A stretch of 23,256 nt of DNA from Candidatus Bathyarchaeota archaeon. GTDB lineage: Archaea > Thermoproteota > Bathyarchaeia > Bathyarchaeales > Bathycorpusculaceae. This document shows, piece by piece, positions 18,653 to 23,256 of this stretch. The notes beneath the pieces are model-generated. The model saw only the letters and a list, made by a program, of their open reading frames with translations. It had not been told where the DNA came from and searched no databases. The translations under genes were made by a program, and so were the position numbers. Where the stretch lies: NCBI GenBank assembly GCA_963811105.1, contig CAWEPZ010000005.1, positions 1-23,256 of the forward strand, given 5' to 3'. The first letter of the stretch is position 1; every line of letters starts with the position of its first letter.

Positions 18653-19107
18653 TATGTTGCTGTGAAACTTGAGCTAACGAAGTTACCGCCTTTTGCACTT
18701 ACTAAAGTGATTGTGTAGCTACTTCCTGTATTGAAACCACCGTATGCTCCGCTAATGTCTGTCAAGACGCTTGGATTTAATGCTGTTCCAGTTGTACCTC
18801 CAATTGTTACAGTTGTGAGTACATTCCCGTTGCCATCTTTGATTATAGCGCTTGTAATAGTTACTACGCTACTGCCTGTGTTTTGTGCCCATACATCAAA
18901 GCCTTTTGTAGAAGTAGAATTTCCGGCTGCAGCTTGGATTGAAACTTTTTCTTGTGCTGCTGTTCCGCCACCTGTCATAGTTGATAATGTTCCGCTTGTA
19001 AACATGTATACGACTACACCTGCGATAACTGCGATTGCAATGAGAATTAGAGTTGCGAAAATTGGTGAAATTCCTTTACGGTTCTTCATCAAACGTTTAT
19101 AATTCAT
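18652..19107 (-). CDS. Type IV pilin, probably the major pilin
   Basis: MNYKRLMKNRKG|ISPIFATLILIAIAVIAGVVVYMF. It has its own TATA box, a strong SD and a terminator, consistent with a highly expressed monocistronic gene. Confidence 0.92.
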   Translation of the reverse strand: MNYKRLMKNRKGISPIFATLILIAIAVIAGVVVYMFTSGTLSTMTGGGTAAQEKVSIQAAAGNSTSTKGFDVWAQNTGSSVVTITSAIIKDGNGNVLTTVTIGGTTGTALNPSVLTDISGAYGGFNTGSSYTITLVSAKGGNFVSSSFTAT

Positions 19108-19118
19108 TTTTTCCTTTG

Positions 19119-19180
19119 CACCTCCTTGCTTAATCGATTTAATATTTTATTCAGGTAGTTTCCTTATAAAGGACGTATTT
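19119..19180 (-). promoter_or_regulatory. Promoter (TTTATAAG) and SD (GGAGGTG) of the major pilin gene
   Basis: AAATACGTCCTTTATAAGGA at 19180-19161 and GGAGGTG at 19125-19119. Confidence 0.65.
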
Positions 19181-19542
19181 TCCAATTTGTAATTCCCAAG
19201 ATACGATTAGAGGAACCTAAAACAAGACCGTTGAAGCAAAGGCAAAATGTTGCTTTTATATTTAAAAGCGAATAACAGTGTTTCAAAATTATGTAAAGAC
19301 AAAACTGTAAAATCAAGAGTTTTAGCTATTTTAAAAAATGAGTAACTGAAAATTTTGAAAAATTATTTAATCCAATAAATACATTTGATTTATTTTGCAT
19401 TTTTATTAAAAAATTAGAATTTATTTTTTCAAAATATGAATTAGTGGTTCTCAAGTCTTATTAATCAGCCGAAGGCTTAGTAAGAAAACGCAAAAGGTAC
19501 ACTTAGCAACTCAAACTGAAAAAGGGAATAGGAGCAAAAAAT

Positions 19543-20319
19543 GTGAATTGCCCAAAATGTGATGGAGCAATCGTCTATCCTGAAGGATTAAATGGAGAAA
19601 AAATCTGCACTAAATGCGGATTAGTAATAGATGAAACTCCAATTCTCAAGAGTTTTACAAGGTGGTCACCTGAATGGCATTCGAATTGGAGTGAACAAGA
19701 TTCTGAAACACTCAAAGAATGGTTAACTACCCTTAGGGCTGTTTCATGCCAATTAAGCATTCCAAATTTTCCGTACCGGGAAGAAGCGGCTCGCACCATT
19801 CGAATACAAAATCGTCTGCTCTTCAAATCACAAAAACTCTCAAAAAGCAAAAGGGCTACAGTCGCGGCGTTAATGCATTTAATACTTAAGGAATACGACA
19901 AGATGAGATCTATCAAGGACATATCCCGAGATCTCAGTCTGGACACATCTTTAGTTATGAAACAAGCTTGGATACTCAATAAAACTTTGAAAACAGAAAA
20001 AGAACATTTGAAAATCCAGCGGAAAACAGCAATAGACTACTTACACGAAAACGCATCTAAGATAGCAGTCAATAAAGAATTATTTCACAACGCTGAAAGC
20101 ATTTTGCAAGAAATAAGGGGATCCGGTGGGAACCCAATAGGAGTGGCAGCGGGCACTTTTTACTACGTCTGCAAAAAGAAAACAAACATTTCTAAAGAAA
20201 AAATCGGAGAAACATTCGGCATTTCGGCGAGAACAGTCTATTCTAATGAGGTAAGAATAAGAAAACTATTAGCTACTAAAGAGAAAATAAAAGCTGCCCC
20301 ATTAATAATCTGCAAGTAA
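19543..20319 (+). CDS. Divergent transcription factor IIB (TFB) paralogue
   Basis: N-terminal Zn ribbon CPKC...GEKICTKCGLVID, a PEW B-reader remnant, two cyclin-like repeats (VAALMHLI and GGNPIGVAAGTFYYVC) and a C-terminal HTH (SKEKIGETFGISARTV). Confidence 0.85.
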   Translation: MNCPKCDGAIVYPEGLNGEKICTKCGLVIDETPILKSFTRWSPEWHSNWSEQDSETLKEWLTTLRAVSCQLSIPNFPYREEAARTIRIQNRLLFKSQKLSKSKRATVAALMHLILKEYDKMRSIKDISRDLSLDTSLVMKQAWILNKTLKTEKEHLKIQRKTAIDYLHENASKIAVNKELFHNAESILQEIRGSGGNPIGVAAGTFYYVCKKKTNISKEKIGETFGISARTVYSNEVRIRKLLATKEKIKAAPLIICK

Positions 20320-20467
20320 AAAACTTTACGAACTATTAAATGCAGAAAATTCCTTTACCGATTATTTTTTGCGAAAAGAACTGCAGGACTATAAAGTAAT
20401 GGTTCCGACACGCTAACTCAGTATATAAGAGAACTTGGGCAATTAACCCTTGGGTGTCAAATTCTCC

Positions 20468-20869
20468 ATGATTGCAGAAATCGAAGCGTTAAGAAAACGC
20501 ATTGATAAAATTGAAAAGCAGAAGAACGATGAAGTTTTCACATTAATAGAAATATTATCAAATGCTTCATTTTTCGGGAAAATAAAACAAGCCGGTTGCA
20601 AATACGCAAAAGAGGGCCAATGTAGCTTTTATATTCTATCAAGTGAAGCGCAAGGCAAGATTCCGATTGTTTCTACCTGCCACATTAAGCAATGTGAAGA
20701 ATCATCACTCCATTTTCACATTGAATTATCCCACATCACATGCGCCATGTGCGAAAAATCCAATCGACCAACTACACCAAAGTATGAGGCTCAAATTAAG
20801 CCAAAAAATATAAAGAAAAAAAATAAATCCCAAAAAAATAGCAAAAAAGAGAATCAAATGAGGAAATAG
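20468..20869 (+). CDS. Hypothetical Cys/His-rich protein with an N-terminal coiled coil and a Lys-rich tail
   Basis: ATG 20468. Contains EIEALRKRIDKIEK, CKY..QC, CHIKQC, HFH and CAMC. It ends 2 bp before the next gene. Confidence 0.7.
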   Translation: MIAEIEALRKRIDKIEKQKNDEVFTLIEILSNASFFGKIKQAGCKYAKEGQCSFYILSSEAQGKIPIVSTCHIKQCEESSLHFHIELSHITCAMCEKSNRPTTPKYEAQIKPKNIKKKNKSQKNSKKENQMRK

Positions 20870-20871
20870 AA

Positions 20872-23028
20872 ATGTATAAGAAAACAATAACCCTCGCAAT
20901 AACAGTTTTAATTTTAACTTCCGCATTTTTTGTATTTAACCAAAACAACACATCCTCTGCATTAAACAACCCTTCAAAACTCAACATTTACACCGGACCA
21001 ACTAGCGTGCTCGCAGACAACAATACATACAGCTGTATTTTTGTGCAGCTTCAAGATTCCTCAGGTCTACCATCCAGAGCCTTACAAGATACAACCATAA
21101 GTCTTTCATCCTCTCTGACCAACATAGGAACAGTAGATCCATTCATTACAATTCCCAAAGGAGCAACATATGCATTAGCGAACTTCAAAACCGCATTCAG
21201 CCCAGGAACAACGACAATATCGGCTTCAGCGACAGGTTTTGCAACAGTACAAGCAACTATGACGACAGTTGGTCCAATTCCGTCAGCCATAGCAGTCTAT
21301 GGTTTTCCATCAACTTTACCTGCAGATGGGAATTTACATCAAGCAATAATGCTACAATTACAGGATTCAAGTGGAAATCCTGCAAGAGCCCCTCAAGGAG
21401 GAGTACAAGTTGCCTTATCATGCTCAGACAACAGCATCGGCACAGTTTCTTCAGTCGCAACAATAAATGAAGGACAAACCTTCGCTATTGCCAATTTTAC
21501 AACAACAACAAAAGCCCAAACAGACGGAAGAGCAGAATCAGCAATAATCACAGCACTCGCTCAAGGATATACCCCCAACCAACTCACAATCACCACAACG
21601 CCCATCGCAACCAACCCCACTCAACTAAAAATCTTCACAGGTCCGCCAAAAGTTCCAGCTGATCAAAACTCATATGCAATAATCGCGGTTGAACTGCAAA
21701 ACTCAGGGGGTTTTGTGGCAGTAAATCAAACAGACATATTAGCAACTATTGCTTCAAACGATCAAAGCATATGCAAAATAGATTCAATAACGATTCCACA
21801 AACCCAAACTTATGCCTTAGCAACGCTCAACACCACCTACAAAGCAGGTTTTGCAACAATATCTGCTGTAGCCACAGACCTTCTATGGGACCATCAAACA
21901 GTAAACACCTTCGGATTTACTCCCTCCAAGATAGGCATATTCTGTGTTCCAGTAAACTTACCTGCCGATAACAAAACCTATCAAGCAATCCAAGTCCAAC
22001 TTCAAGATGCACAAGGTCGACCCGCAAAAGACCCCCAAGCCAACGTCAACGTAAACCTTTTCTCCTCTCAACCAACCGTTGGAGTAGTCAGCTCGACACT
22101 TACGATTCCATTTGGACAAACACAAGCCACAGGGTCATTGACTGTATCAAATGCGCCGGGCACAACAACGATAGCTGCCCAAGCCTCAGGCTACACAACT
22201 GGACAAGCACCGATTTCAACCACTCTCATCGATTACACACCCCTCCAAATAACCGTTACAACGAGTCCAAATAGCGTAGCCAATGGAGCCACAGCAGTGA
22301 TAACAGCCTACGTCACAGCTAATGGTGGCCCAGTGACCGGAGCTACAGTCACTTTTACGTCAGATAATGGTGGAACATTTGGATCGACTATTGAGCAGGG
22401 AAACGGTTACTACAATGCAGGCTTTACAGCCCCAAGTTTCTCTACAACAACGAGTTGCACTATTACTGCAAGCGGTTCAAAAATTGGTTATTTAAACGCA
22501 CAAGGAACCACTCAGATAACTGTCACTCCAGCACCAGCCCCAACCGCAACCCCAACACCAAACGTAACGGCAACGCCAACCCCAACACCTACAGTCAACA
22601 CTTCAACTTTAACCTTCAAAATAACAGATGCCCAAGGAAGAGCATTAAACGACACGCTTGTCATCTCAACCAATCAACCGTCGGGGAGTCAAACCCTAAC
22701 TGAAATCACAAACGCAACAGGTTACGTAACCTTCCAAAACGCCTTAGCGGGAACATACACCTTCAAAATTATTAAAGAAGGATACCCACAGACCAACAAA
22801 ACACTAGATTACAATGGTCAACCATTAACGCTTAACATACCTCTATCGGCCAACACTAACAGCGGATCAAACTCGAACAACAACTTGTTTGTCACAGTGG
22901 CGGTAATAGTGGTTGCTGCCGCTATAGGAGTAGTTGCTGTCTTGCTGTTTACAAAGCGAAGGAAGTCACCGAACATAAAGAATCTGCAGCAACTCAAAAA
23001 ACAAATGGAAAGCAAAAAGAAATTCTAA
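20872..23028 (+). CDS. Membrane-anchored surface protein with four invasin/Ig-like repeats, a further Ig-like domain, a PT linker and a C-terminal transmembrane helix
   Basis: Signal peptide; four P(S/T)xx...(P/L)AD...(Q/E)LQ(D/N)xxG repeats; PAPTATPTP linker; LFVTVAVIVVAAAIGVVAVLLF-TKRRK anchor. Confidence 0.88.
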   Translation: MYKKTITLAITVLILTSAFFVFNQNNTSSALNNPSKLNIYTGPTSVLADNNTYSCIFVQLQDSSGLPSRALQDTTISLSSSLTNIGTVDPFITIPKGATYALANFKTAFSPGTTTISASATGFATVQATMTTVGPIPSAIAVYGFPSTLPADGNLHQAIMLQLQDSSGNPARAPQGGVQVALSCSDNSIGTVSSVATINEGQTFAIANFTTTTKAQTDGRAESAIITALAQGYTPNQLTITTTPIATNPTQLKIFTGPPKVPADQNSYAIIAVELQNSGGFVAVNQTDILATIASNDQSICKIDSITIPQTQTYALATLNTTYKAGFATISAVATDLLWDHQTVNTFGFTPSKIGIFCVPVNLPADNKTYQAIQVQLQDAQGRPAKDPQANVNVNLFSSQPTVGVVSSTLTIPFGQTQATGSLTVSNAPGTTTIAAQASGYTTGQAPISTTLIDYTPLQITVTTSPNSVANGATAVITAYVTANGGPVTGATVTFTSDNGGTFGSTIEQGNGYYNAGFTAPSFSTTTSCTITASGSKIGYLNAQGTTQITVTPAPAPTATPTPNVTATPTPTPTVNTSTLTFKITDAQGRALNDTLVISTNQPSGSQTLTEITNATGYVTFQNALAGTYTFKIIKEGYPQTNKTLDYNGQPLTLNIPLSANTNSGSNSNNNLFVTVAVIVVAAAIGVVAVLLFTKRRKSPNIKNLQQLKKQMESKKKF

Positions 23029-23095
23029 TTTCTTTTTTCTTAATCTTTTAACAATAAGATTTCTGTTTTTAGAAAAACTTTTTTTTAAAAAAAAA
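23029..23095. terminator. T-tracts and a T8A9 run between convergent genes; putative bidirectional terminator
   Basis: TTTCTTTTTTC follows the stop at 23028. T8A9 at 23079-23095 supplies an oligo-U tract on either strand. Confidence 0.5.
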
Positions 23096-23143
23096 TAAGG
23101 GAAAATCATAGATTTTCTCACCATTCGAGTTTATGTCTACACA

Positions 23144-23254
23144 TTAGGCCGGGGAGGTTTGATTCGGTATTGTTTTTTTCATTTCGTGTCGTATCCACCA
23201 TATAACGCCTATTGCTATTGGTATTCCGAAGATGATTGCAACCCAGATCAGTAT
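23144..23254 (-). CDS. 3' end of a membrane protein gene, truncated by the window edge
   Basis: Manual translation gives ILIWVAIIFGIPIAIGVIWWIRHEMKKTIPNQTSPA*, a transmembrane helix followed by a charged tail. Confidence 0.65.
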   Translation of the reverse strand: MLIWVAIIFGIPIAIGVIWWIRHEMKKTIPNQTSPA

Positions 23255-23256
23255 TG

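Noticed and set aside
19541-19546. ATGTGA start-stop overlapping the TFB GTG start
   Set aside because: A single 6-mer is readily explained by chance, and there is no supporting evidence for a regulatory role.
2361-23015. Other short track ORFs overlapping the long genes (e.g. 4002..4325, 9705..9989, 18731..19102, 19575..19979)
   Set aside because: They are antisense or alternate-frame shadows of well-supported genes, with no recognisable motifs.
1-23256. CRISPR arrays, tRNA/rRNA genes, transposases or integrases
   Set aside because: No repeat-spacer periodicity, no tRNA-like cloverleaf in intergenic regions and no mobile-element protein motifs were seen.

Overview
Archaeal DNA, most consistent with Bathyarchaeia/TACK. 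This assignment is inferred from the gene families, TATA-type promoters and GGAGGTG Shine-Dalgarno (SD) motifs. The window holds a cell-surface locus. On the minus strand is a type IV pilus cluster: two paralogous major-type pilins, a minor pilin, a giant ~2100-aa protein with a class III (prepilin) signal peptide, a PilB/VirB11-type ATPase, two TadC/T2SS-F platform proteins and a TackOD1-like zinc protein with a degenerate nuclease fold. To its left is a cytoplasmic 3xPAS histidine kinase and a stand-alone receiver, bracketed by two paralogous small helical (NitrOD5/DUF3227-like) proteins. To its right, divergently transcribed, are an atypical TFIIB paralogue, a Cys-rich small protein and a membrane-anchored Ig-repeat protein. 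The main leads are: (1) a giant repeat-built pilin-adhesin with signs of recent half-repeat gene conversion; (2) an alternative TFB with an altered BRE-reading helix, next to pilus promoters sharing a non-canonical element (AWTAC-N4-TWTATA); (3) a surface protein whose membrane anchor lies out of frame. No RNA genes, CRISPR arrays or mobile elements were seen. All family names come from motif recognition by eye, not from searches.
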